Shown: positions 1 through 7,964 of the stretch, piece after piece
Numbering within the stretch: the first letter of the stretch is position 1
Layout: each line of letters begins with the position of its first letter
NCBI GenBank assembly: GCA_945861645.1
Contig: CAMAVZ010000051.1
Span: 1 to 12,525 of the forward strand
Direction of reading: 5' to 3'
Origin: Opitutus sp. GAS368
Lineage (GTDB): Bacteria; Verrucomicrobiota; Verrucomicrobiia; Opitutales; Opitutaceae
Length of the DNA stretch: 12,525 nt
Position numbers and translations under genes: made by a program
The notes under the pieces: model-generated
Seen by the model: only the letters and a program-made list of their open reading frames with translations
Databases searched by the model: none
What the model was told of the DNA's origin: nothing

Positions 1-618
1 GCCGATCGGCTCAAGGCGGCCTATTTCAAAACTCTTTATAACGAAGAAACCGGCTTACTCGCTTGGTGGCGCAGCGCCGATGGCCAGTTGCATGATTACG
101 CTTCGCCCACGACGTGCGGTCTGGCGATTGCCTATGGATTGGTGCCCGCTGACCAAGCCCGCGCCATGCTCGATCGCCTCTGGCTGAAAATAGCGGCGGT
201 AAAATTCACCCGCTTTGATCTCGGAGTTCCGCCCATGCTCACGCCGGTATTGCCGGGAGATTATCTCCAACCGGGGTTTGGGGCACCCCAACGCAGTGAC
301 GGCACCGATACATTTGGTACTTATATGAACGGGGGGATCACTGCGGGCCAAGTCCTCCACTTCATCGATGCACATTACGCCGTCGGCGCGCCCGCACGCG
401 GCGACCAACTCCTCCGCGCGATGCTCGGCCGCCAACAACAGGGCGGCTTTCAGAACGGCGTCACCGATAGCGGGCGGCAAGGCATTGATTGGACGAACTG
501 GGACGGTAAACCGACCGGCTATGAAGGCTACCTCGCTGATAGTTTTCGTTTTCTGCAAGCGGTCTTACTGCGTGAACCAGCGCTGCGGGAGAAACTTTAT
601 CGCCCGATGCAGCCTTAA
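1..618 (+). CDS. C-terminal part of a probable six-hairpin (alpha/alpha)6 glycosidase-like protein; 5' end outside the window
   Basis: Frame 1 is open from base 1 (ADRLKAAYFKTLYNEETGLLAWWRSADGQLHDY...) to TAA at 616-618, so the TTG at 88 is not the true start. 'A..LK.A....L.N..TG', 'AI.YGLV..DQA..ML.RL' and 'F..YMNGG' resemble helices and loops of (alpha/alpha)6 glycosidases of the GH78/GH63/GH116 type. The exact family cannot be assigned by eye. Confidence 0.6.
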   Translation, partial: ADRLKAAYFKTLYNEETGLLAWWRSADGQLHDYASPTTCGLAIAYGLVPADQARAMLDRLWLKIAAVKFTRFDLGVPPMLTPVLPGDYLQPGFGAPQRSDGTDTFGTYMNGGITAGQVLHFIDAHYAVGAPARGDQLLRAMLGRQQQGGFQNGVTDSGRQGIDWTNWDGKPTGYEGYLADSFRFLQAVLLREPALREKLYRPMQP

Positions 619-642
619 CGAAACGGGCCTGAATCGTCGCGA

Positions 643-670
643 ACTGGGGCCGATATTATTCGACCCCAGT
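643..670. terminator. Stem-loop between convergent genes, probable terminator or 3' stability hairpin
   Basis: On the - strand it reads ACTGGGGTCGA-ATAATA-TCGGCCCCAGT, an 11-bp stem with one G-U pair. It sits between the stops at 618 (+) and 699 (-). There is no clear U-tract on either side. Confidence 0.5.
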
Positions 671-698
671 GATCAAGCAAAGCGCTGGCGCGCGGGAC

Positions 699-2099
699 TT
701 ATTCGCCGACGAGATGCTCGATCTCCTCGCGGGTCAGCGTCTGCATATCGATGTCCTTCTTGATGGCCCCGAGGCTCACCAAGCACTCCGTGAACAGTTC
801 CCGCGTGCGAAGTTCGAGGGCTTTCGATTCCAGTTTGGTCATGACTTCCAGAATTTTTGTTCCCTTGCGTACGTGCGTCCGCTCGTCCGCCCGAATATAA
901 TCTGAGATATGGCGGAGCAGTTCGTCGTTACGATCTGCGGCGGTATCGATGAGATCATTGATCGTCTTGAGCACCCCGACTTCGCCGAAGAGATTAATCT
1001 CGGCCATCGCAAACGCGGGGTCCATCGGCCCGCGGCAAGTTGAGCCGGTCAGCCGATTGCGGAGCTCATAAGGATCATAACCCGAAGCGAGCATCGCCCG
1101 ATGCCCGATTTCCGTATGCCGCGCCTCATCCCACGTGATGCGGGCTAAGTCGTACTCCGCATTAAAATCCTTGAAGCGAATATCCCAAACAAAAGTCCCG
1201 AACGCCTCGATCGCATCAACCTCATCGCGTTGCGTCCGAATGAAACGGAGGCGAATTGCTTCATAGGAATTTTTGTCAAAGCGAGGCGCGGCGTCCGCCG
1301 TGTCGTAATCACCGGTGTGCTTGAACGTATCAAACCGCACATCGCGGCAGGGCACCGTGCGGCGTTCATAAGGCTTAGCATCGATGCGCAGCGGCGTGGG
1401 CGCTTCGCCGCGCGCATCGGCCCCCGTCACCCCGCCAATCGAGGCGAGCAACCGACTAATGTGCCAGCGCCAGGTCGAGAGCTTCGCCTCTTCCACGCCG
1501 CCCGCAATATAGGCGTCAACCGCCGCATCCGCCCACGCGAGCATCGGCTCATAATCGGTCAGGATGCGCCGAAGGCAGCGGATCGTCGGCACGTCCGTCA
1601 CCTGATCAGTATCATCAATATGATGATTGTAGGTCGTCGCGATGGCCCGCCCCACAACTTGGTGTACGCCGACCAAAAGCTCGGCCGCGGATTCTGCACT
1701 GAGCAACTCATCGATAAAGCGATCGATCTCGGGATCGCGGTGGGCGTCGACCATGGGCGGCCGCATTTCTTGCTCAGAAAGACGTTCCCGCAACCCGCGG
1801 GCCGCATCGGCATGATAGAAAATATGCCGACCCGTTTCGAGTTTCACCTCATATTCCGGTATGGTGAGCGCCCAAGCGCCGAGGGCTTGCATCAGCCGCC
1901 GCTCGAGATAAAAGTACCGCAGCAACCGTCGGCCATTTTCTTTGACCGTGAACTTACCGCCGAGCTGGCGACGATCCACGGGGAAATGATACGGGTAGCG
2001 GGCGCGGCGCTTCGCCGCGGCTTCGCGTTGGCCCGCCACGCTCTGCGCGGTTATAATAGTCTTATCGACTGGGGTATTTTTTTTAGGGGGTAATTTCAT
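699..2099 (-). CDS. Ferritin-like diiron-carboxylate protein (DUF455-like C-terminal domain plus a degenerate N-terminal ferritin-like domain), 466 aa
   Basis: The C-terminal half has E293-x31-E325xxH328 (WDEARH) and E373-x32-E406xxH409 (ADERTH), the twofold E...ExxH pattern of ferritin-like diiron four-helix bundles. The N-terminal half has a similar helical pattern but lacks the ExxH motifs. Confidence 0.75.
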   Translation of the reverse strand: MKLPPKKNTPVDKTIITAQSVAGQREAAAKRRARYPYHFPVDRRQLGGKFTVKENGRRLLRYFYLERRLMQALGAWALTIPEYEVKLETGRHIFYHADAARGLRERLSEQEMRPPMVDAHRDPEIDRFIDELLSAESAAELLVGVHQVVGRAIATTYNHHIDDTDQVTDVPTIRCLRRILTDYEPMLAWADAAVDAYIAGGVEEAKLSTWRWHISRLLASIGGVTGADARGEAPTPLRIDAKPYERRTVPCRDVRFDTFKHTGDYDTADAAPRFDKNSYEAIRLRFIRTQRDEVDAIEAFGTFVWDIRFKDFNAEYDLARITWDEARHTEIGHRAMLASGYDPYELRNRLTGSTCRGPMDPAFAMAEINLFGEVGVLKTINDLIDTAADRNDELLRHISDYIRADERTHVRKGTKILEVMTKLESKALELRTRELFTECLVSLGAIKKDIDMQTLTREEIEHLVGE

Positions 2100-2165
2100 G
2101 GGATGAATGATATTTTATTGGGCGGCAAATTGGATAACATTAAATTCTACTTACGAGCTTTCTGG

Positions 2166-2945
2166 CTAGCGGTGCCCGACGGTGGAACGCGCGGCCGCCT
2201 CGGGATCAACCGGCAAGGGCTCCAATGGCAGCAAATTGGGGCCCGCTTCTTTGATGCGTACGCCGGAATGCGCCCAGCGCACGCTGTTAACGATGACCTG
2301 CTGGACCTGGGGGTGATGATAAGTTGGATAGGTTTCGTGCCCCGGACGAAAATAGAAAATGTTTCCGTGCCCGCGGCGCCACGTCGCGCCGGAACGAAAT
2401 ACTTCGCCCCCCGTAAACCAAGAAATAAAAATCAGTTCATCCGGGGTCGGGATGCCAAAGGGCTCACCATACATCTCCTCGATGGGAATTTCAAAATAGG
2501 CCCCCAAGCCTTGGGCGATCGGATGCGCGCGGTTCACGACCCAGAGTCGCTCTTTGTCCGTAGATTCACGCCAACTGAGCGAGCAGGTATCACCCATCAG
2601 GGCTTTAAAAATTTTGGAAAAATGGCCGCTATGCAGCACGATCAACCCCATGCCCTCGAGCACGCGGGTGCGCACCTTCGCCACCACCGTATCAGACACT
2701 TCCCCATGCGCCAAATGACCCCACCACGTAAGCACATCCGTCTGGTCCAGCACCGCATCGGTCAAGCCATGCTCCGGCTCATCAAGCGTGGCCGTTCGCA
2801 CCGTAAAATCAGCGTGCTGCGCTAGCACGGCCGCAATCGCTTGATGCATGCCCTGCGGGTACAGCGCCGCGACCTTGGGGTTGAGCTTCTCGTGACGAAA
2901 TTCACTCCAAACGGTAACACGAATTTTTGGCGGGGTGGTAGGCAT
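2166..2945 (-). CDS. thuA: ThuA-family (trehalose utilisation-like, class I glutamine amidotransferase-like fold) protein, 259 aa
   Basis: Characteristic ThuA motifs: [78 protein letters not shown] and [14 protein letters not shown]. The family is clear, but the substrate is not established. Confidence 0.9.
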   Translation of the reverse strand: MPTTPPKIRVTVWSEFRHEKLNPKVAALYPQGMHQAIAAVLAQHADFTVRTATLDEPEHGLTDAVLDQTDVLTWWGHLAHGEVSDTVVAKVRTRVLEGMGLIVLHSGHFSKIFKALMGDTCSLSWRESTDKERLWVVNRAHPIAQGLGAYFEIPIEEMYGEPFGIPTPDELIFISWFTGGEVFRSGATWRRGHGNIFYFRPGHETYPTYHHPQVQQVIVNSVRWAHSGVRIKEAGPNLLPLEPLPVDPEAAARSTVGHR

Positions 2946-3187
2946 GAAGGGGATAGGGCTGAAATAATTAAGCCGTCGGCAGCTGGAATCAGCGCGGGGT
3001 TAAGCCAGGGAAAGACCGTACCTTTTTTAAAAAACCACCGAATGTCGAGGGGGATAACCCGACCGGCCGGCCCCATAAAATGCCGCGATCGATCAGCCGC
3101 TCCCCCCGTATCCCGAGGGACGCACCGCCGAGGCAATTATGACCCCCTCGTTGGCGCGTTTAAGCCTAGCGATAATTGAGCCCAATG

Positions 3188-3215
3188 GTGATAATGATGT
3201 GACATTTAGGTGACA
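3188..3215 (-). promoter_or_regulatory. Pho-box-like array (three hexamers, 11-bp period)
   Basis: The + strand has GTGATA (3188), GTGACA (3199) and GTGACA (3210). On the - strand this is TGTCAC-CTAAA-TGTCAC-ATCAT-TATCAC, matching the PhoB direct-repeat consensus (CTGTCAT-A/T-rich spacer-CTGTCAC). It lies 52 bp upstream of the phoB ATG. Confidence 0.75.
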
Positions 3216-3267
3216 CCCGCTAATTCACTGGAAAGGCCCCCCTCGCCTCCCTAACTTGAATCTTACC

Positions 3268-3969
3268 ATGGATAAAAAGAAGATCCTCGTCGTCGATGAT
3301 GAACCCGATGTTACCGCGATCGTCGCCTATCATTTGAAAGCGAAGGGCTTTCAGGTGGAGTGCCTCAACGATGCCACGGCGAGCATCGCTAAGGCCCGGA
3401 GCCTCCAGCCCGATTTAATTATCTTGGACATCATGATGCCGCTCCTCAGCGGGATTCAGCTGTGCCGCATTTTGCGGGCGGACAACAAACTTTCCAAAGT
3501 ACCGATTATCTTTCTCACCGCCAAGGCCGAGCCCCCCGACCGGATTGAAGGCCTTGAGTCCGGCGCCGACGATTACCTGAGCAAACCGTTTAGCCCGAGA
3601 GAGCTCGTGCTCCGGGTTGAATCAATCCTGCGCCGCATCGCTGCACCCAAGGAACCCACCACCGCGAAACTCCAGATTGGTGATATTACTATCGATAGTG
3701 AAATCCACCAAGTAACGGTGCGCGGTAAGGCGTTGGAATTAACCGCGACCGAATTTAAATTACTCCACCTGCTCATGGAGCGCCAAGGTCGCGTGCAGAC
3801 CCGCGAGCATTTGCTGATCAATGTTTGGAACTATGCCACGGAGATCGAAACGCGGACGGTCGATACCCATGTGCGTCGCTTGCGCGAGAAACTCGGACCC
3901 GAAGCTGGCTGGTTAGAAACGATCCGCGGCGTGGGCTACCGCATGGCAGACAAGAAGCAAGCAGGTTGA
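3268..3969 (+). CDS. phoB: OmpR/PhoB-family response regulator PhoB
   Basis: Receiver motifs are ILVVDDE, LDIMMP (phospho-Asp), LTAK, GADDYLSKPF. The winged helix has TRTVDTHVRRLREKLG and ETIRGVGYR. It is adjacent to a PhoR-type kinase and the pst/phoU genes. ATG 3268 (MDKKKIL) is preferred over TTG 3256. Confidence 0.9.
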   Translation: MDKKKILVVDDEPDVTAIVAYHLKAKGFQVECLNDATASIAKARSLQPDLIILDIMMPLLSGIQLCRILRADNKLSKVPIIFLTAKAEPPDRIEGLESGADDYLSKPFSPRELVLRVESILRRIAAPKEPTTAKLQIGDITIDSEIHQVTVRGKALELTATEFKLLHLLMERQGRVQTREHLLINVWNYATEIETRTVDTHVRRLREKLGPEAGWLETIRGVGYRMADKKQAG

Positions 3970-5237
3970 TGATTATCGGTCTCTTTATCCTCACGGTGGC
4001 CTTAGGCCTAGTGCTGCAGATTGCCTGGAAGCAAAATCGTGCGCTCCGGCAGTTACAAGAAGCCGCGCAGCGCAACCAACCTTACCTACGGGAGGAAAAT
4101 CCCACCAATTTCCTGCCGCAATGGCGCCCGCTCGTCGACACTATCAATCAACTCATTCGGTCAAACTCCACGCTCCAGCATCAACACACGGACCAATTGA
4201 GCCAATTGGAAGCGACGCTCGGGAATCTCCGTGAAGCGGTGCTGATCGTGGACGAATCAAACTATATTCACCTCGCGAATCGGGCCCTTCGCTTAATTTT
4301 CCCGGCCGCCGCGGACATAGTCAATTTGCGACTGGAACTCATCGTTCGCAGTGGCCCGTTCCTCGAGTATGTCCGCGCCACCCGCACCGGCCCCGCTCTG
4401 CCGCGCCAAGAATTCGAGATCCTTGACGGCTCCTCGACCATCTGGATTGAAGTCTCGGGCGCCCCAATCGCTGCGCCGGACGGGAAATCGCAGTGGGCCC
4501 TGTTTGTCATCCATGACATGACCGAGCAGCGCAAACTTGAACACGTTCGTCGTGATTTTGTCGCGAATGCGTCGCACGAATTGCGCACGCCTTTAAGTAT
4601 TATCAAAGGCTACATCGAAACACTCGTCGATGGCCACCTGACCATAGCGGTTGAAGATCGCGATAAATTTTTGCGGACCATCCAGCGGCACAGTGAACGA
4701 CTGAATGCAATCATTGATGATTTGCTCGTGCTCTCCCGTCTAGAATCCGCCACCCCTGGGCTGAAATTTGCGCCGGTGCAGCTCGACCATTATTTCGCGC
4801 ACTTGGCCGCCGACTATCAACAACGACCCCATGCGCGGGGCTATCAAATCTCAGCGCAAGCCGCCGCCGAGCTAGGCACCATCAGTGCTGACGAGGAAAA
4901 GCTCACGCAAATCTTCAGCAATCTGATTGAAAATGCGCTCAAATACACCGCCGCCGGTTCGCAGATAGAAATTGGCGCCCGCCTCGTCGAATCGGACGCA
5001 GTCGAATGCTTTGTCCATGATAACGGCCCGGGCATTCCCAGCGAAGATCTCGCGCATATTTTTGAGCGCTTTTACCGCGTAGAAAAGGGCCGCTCGCGCG
5101 AAACCGGTGGCACGGGTCTGGGCCTCAGCATCGTGAAACATTTAGCCCACCTGCACGGCGGCCGCGTCTGGGCCGAGAGCCCTCCGGGCCAAGGCCTGAC
5201 AATCTTAGTTCGCCTACCGCGCAGTCACGCCGCCTGA
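3969..5237 (+). CDS. phoR: Phosphate regulon sensor histidine kinase PhoR (single N-terminal hydrophobic anchor, PAS, HisKA, HATPase), about 422 aa
   Basis: ATG 3969 overlaps the phoB stop (TGATG) and is followed directly by a hydrophobic segment, MIIGLFILTVALGLVLQIAW. It has a PAS-like region (LREAVLIVDE...ANRA), H-box DFVANASHELRTPL, N-box NLIENALKY, G1 DNGPGIP, F-box IFERFYRV and G2 GGTGLGLSIVKH. Confidence 0.92.
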   Translation: MIIGLFILTVALGLVLQIAWKQNRALRQLQEAAQRNQPYLREENPTNFLPQWRPLVDTINQLIRSNSTLQHQHTDQLSQLEATLGNLREAVLIVDESNYIHLANRALRLIFPAAADIVNLRLELIVRSGPFLEYVRATRTGPALPRQEFEILDGSSTIWIEVSGAPIAAPDGKSQWALFVIHDMTEQRKLEHVRRDFVANASHELRTPLSIIKGYIETLVDGHLTIAVEDRDKFLRTIQRHSERLNAIIDDLLVLSRLESATPGLKFAPVQLDHYFAHLAADYQQRPHARGYQISAQAAAELGTISADEEKLTQIFSNLIENALKYTAAGSQIEIGARLVESDAVECFVHDNGPGIPSEDLAHIFERFYRVEKGRSRETGGTGLGLSIVKHLAHLHGGRVWAESPPGQGLTILVRLPRSHAA

Positions 5238-5281
5238 ACGAAGCGCGCCCGCTGATTCTGGTTATCTTCAAGCCCCGCCGC

Positions 5282-5977
5282 TTAAGGTGTGGACGCCGTC
5301 GGCGGGAGCGCGCCGGTCTTGGCCACATCGCTATGGCGAATATCCTGCCCCTTCGAAAGAAAGACCATTTCCTCCGCGATATTAGTCGCGTGGTCCGCAA
5401 TCCGCTCGATCGATTTTGAAATAAACATCAGCTCAATGGCGCGAGAGATTGTATCCGGTTTCTCGATCATGAAACTCATTAAGCGGCGATAGAGTAGCCG
5501 ATTTAGATTATCTACCTCGGCATCACGCCGAATGACGTTTAAGGCCTTCTGGACGTCCTCCTTGGCAAAACAGTCTAAAGCATCGCGTAACATTTCTAGC
5601 GCAATGCTGGCCATGCGCGGCAGATCAGCGTAGAGCTCGAGTTGGGGCTCGATCGCCAGCTTGCGCGAGCGCCGCGCGATCCCCGTCGCCTCATCCCCCA
5701 CCCGCTCCAAGTCATGACTGGCTTTCATGCCGACCACGATAATGCGCAGCTCCGAAGCAACCGGACCACGCAGGGTCATGTAGCGGATCGCTTCCTCGTC
5801 AATCTGCACCTCCAACTTATCGATTTCATCATCCGCCGCGATGACCTTATCCGCTAAGGCAATATCCGCATCCGCCAGTGCGCGCATGGCGAGGCGGGTC
5901 TGCTCAATGGCGCGCTCGCCCATGCTTAATAAGTGGGAGCGAAAATTTTCTAGTTCAGCGTCGAAGAAACGTTTCAT
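5282..5977 (-). CDS. phoU: Phosphate signalling complex protein PhoU
   Basis: Two PhoU repeats with D.EID.LE, PVASELR, DLERVGDEA, D.EVD.L and SIERIADHATNIAE. It lies directly downstream of pstB. Confidence 0.96.
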   Translation of the reverse strand: MKRFFDAELENFRSHLLSMGERAIEQTRLAMRALADADIALADKVIAADDEIDKLEVQIDEEAIRYMTLRGPVASELRIIVVGMKASHDLERVGDEATGIARRSRKLAIEPQLELYADLPRMASIALEMLRDALDCFAKEDVQKALNVIRRDAEVDNLNRLLYRRLMSFMIEKPDTISRAIELMFISKSIERIADHATNIAEEMVFLSKGQDIRHSDVAKTGALPPTASTP

Positions 5978-6054
5978 GGAATTGTATTAAGTAGGCGTAA
6001 GATGACCGCTAACCGCAGCGGGGTAATTGATAGTTATTTTGCGGAGCGGATGGT

Positions 6055-6918
6055 CTAGCCGAAGCGACCGGAGACATAGGCCTCCGTTTGCGCGTTAGCG
6101 GGTTGCATGAAAATCACCTTAGTTTCCGCGTATTCGATGAGTTTGCCCAGATAGAAAAAAGCGGTCCGGTCAGAGACCCGCGCCGCTTGTTGCATGTTGT
6201 GGGTCACGATCACAATGGTGAACTGTTTTTTTAAGTCGTGAATCAGCTCTTCCACCTTGGCCGTCGCGATCGGATCAAGGGCGGAACAGGGCTCATCCAT
6301 CAAAATAATTTCCGGTTCTACCGCAATGGCGCGCGCAATGCAGAGCCGCTGCTGCTGACCGCCCGACATCCCCAGGGCGCTCTCATGCAAACGGTCCTTG
6401 ATCTCATCCCACAAGGCCGCCCCGCGGAGACTTTTTTCCACGACTTCATCAAGCCGCGCTTTATTGCTCTCCCCCTGGATGCGCAACCCGTAGGTGATAT
6501 TATCGTAGATCGATTTCGGAAAAGGATTCGATTTTTGAAACACCATGCCGACGCGTTTGCGCAATTCGATCACATCCACGCGGGGATCATAAATATTAAC
6601 TCCATCGATGCGGATTTGCCCGTCCGTGACGCGCGCGCCGTCGATTAAGTCATTCATGCGATTAAGGCAGCGCAGCAGCGTGCTCTTGCCGCAGCCCGAA
6701 GGTCCGATGAAGGCCGTCACCTGCCGCGCCGCAATATTGAGCGAGATATCGTGCAAGGCCTTGCTGGCGCCATAGCAGAAATCAACATCATCGATTTCGA
6801 TGGCGATCTGGGGCGCGAGAGGAGTCGGCGCGCCGTTAGTCGGCCCGACGGACATGACGGGGCGGAGGAGCGATTGAACCGAAGGCGAAGGAGCAGGCAT
6901 GGCGGAGGTGGTTACCAT
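6055..6918 (-). CDS. pstB: Phosphate ABC transporter ATP-binding protein PstB
   Basis: Walker [35 protein letters not shown], signature [13 protein letters not shown], Walker [14 protein letters not shown]-loop [13 protein letters not shown] and terminal YVSGRFG. The start is uncertain: ATG 6918 overlaps the pstA end, while ATG 6900 has the CCATG context seen at other starts. Confidence 0.97.
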   Translation of the reverse strand: MVTTSAMPAPSPSVQSLLRPVMSVGPTNGAPTPLAPQIAIEIDDVDFCYGASKALHDISLNIAARQVTAFIGPSGCGKSTLLRCLNRMNDLIDGARVTDGQIRIDGVNIYDPRVDVIELRKRVGMVFQKSNPFPKSIYDNITYGLRIQGESNKARLDEVVEKSLRGAALWDEIKDRLHESALGMSGGQQQRLCIARAIAVEPEIILMDEPCSALDPIATAKVEELIHDLKKQFTIVIVTHNMQQAARVSDRTAFFYLGKLIEYAETKVIFMQPANAQTEAYVSGRFG

Positions 6919-7964
6919 TGGTATTTCTTGCGGAGTCTTTGCCGGAGGATAATCGCGGTCATGGCGATGGCGGCAACGGTGAAAAGGAACACGAAGGCCG
7001 TGCCGTATTGAACGTTACGCGTGTATTCATTTTGCGGAATCTTGGAGGCGACGACGTAGATGTGGTAGGGCAGCGCCATCACGCCTTGAAAAATAAAATC
7101 CGTCCACTTCTGCACCTGCCACGGCAATTCGTCGCGCATCACAAAAGCAGCCGTAAACATGATCGGGGCGGTCTCCCCCGCTACGCGCGCGATCGAGAGC
7201 ACGGCGGAGGTCAAAATACCCGGCATCGCATACGGCAGCACATTCGACATGATGGTCTGAAATTTTGTCGCGCCCAGAGCCAAGGAACCTTCGCGGTAGC
7301 CTTTGGGGACCGCCTTGAGCGCCTCCTCCGAAGCGGTGATGATGACCGGCAGCACCATGAAGGCCAGGGTCAGCCAACCAGCGATCAGCGAGACCCCAAA
7401 ATCGAGGGCGATCACAAAAAACCCGAAACCAAAGAGGCCGTACACAATGGAGGGGACGCCCGCCAAGTTGACAATGGAGAGCCGCAAAAAACGGATGAAC
7501 GTGCCATCCGTAGCGTACTCGCTCAGATAAATGGCGCTCAATACCCCCAGCACTAAAGCAATCAAGATGGCCCCCGCGACCAACAACACGGTCCCGACAA
7601 TATTGGGAAAAATCCCCCCCGCGGAATAGACATACGTCTCGACCTTAGCGCCCTTCATGAGCGCCTCATGCTTTGACTTATACTCGCGGAAAGCCCGATC
7701 CCCCATCGTTACTTTTTGCCCATCGCGCATAAAAACATTCAAGGTCTCCGGCGCCTCAGTCAAAAAAGGAACGTTGATGAATGGGGCTGACGTTTTAAAA
7801 ATTACCGCCCCCCCTTTCCACCCGATATCAAAAAAAATGAAGGCCGCGCAAACGAGCACAAAATAGGTGCACAAACGCAGGAGCCACAAAACACCTTGTT
7901 CGGCGCGTTGCGCCCATGAGGGCCGGCCAAATAGCGTCGAGGTGGTAATCTTCGGGGCACTCAT
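6912..7964 (-). CDS. pstA: Phosphate ABC transporter permease PstA
   Basis: [33 protein letters not shown] loop SEEALKAVP...[11 protein letters not shown], and AR.AGETAP. Its start overlaps the pstC stop (ATGA at 7964-7961). Confidence 0.95.
   Translation of the reverse strand: MSAPKITTSTLFGRPSWAQRAEQGVLWLLRLCTYFVLVCAAFIFFDIGWKGGAVIFKTSAPFINVPFLTEAPETLNVFMRDGQKVTMGDRAFREYKSKHEALMKGAKVETYVYSAGGIFPNIVGTVLLVAGAILIALVLGVLSAIYLSEYATDGTFIRFLRLSIVNLAGVPSIVYGLFGFGFFVIALDFGVSLIAGWLTLAFMVLPVIITASEEALKAVPKGYREGSLALGATKFQTIMSNVLPYAMPGILTSAVLSIARVAGETAPIMFTAAFVMRDELPWQVQKWTDFIFQGVMALPYHIYVVASKIPQNEYTRNVQYGTAFVFLFTVAAIAMTAIILRQRLRKKYQW

Noticed and set aside
1230..2825. Long + strand ORFs 1230-2093 (287 aa) and 2103-2825 (240 aa)
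   Set aside because: They are antisense shadows of the diiron and thuA genes, have no recognisable motifs, and are expected in GC-rich coding DNA.
2822..3179. ORFs 2822-3136 (-) and 2841-3179 (+) crossing the thuA-phoB spacer
   Set aside because: Both overlap the thuA 5' end, are Arg/Pro/Gly-rich and lack motifs, so they are likely spurious.
3825..3968. 48-aa N-terminal extension of phoR given by the ORF track
   Set aside because: It overlaps the phoB winged-helix coding region. ATG 3969 gives a TGATG coupling and starts directly at the membrane anchor.
6006..6021. Small hairpin CCGCT-N6-AGCGG between pstB and phoU
   Set aside because: It has only a 5-bp stem with no U-tract and no 11-bp-spaced Pho repeats nearby, which is too weak to call.
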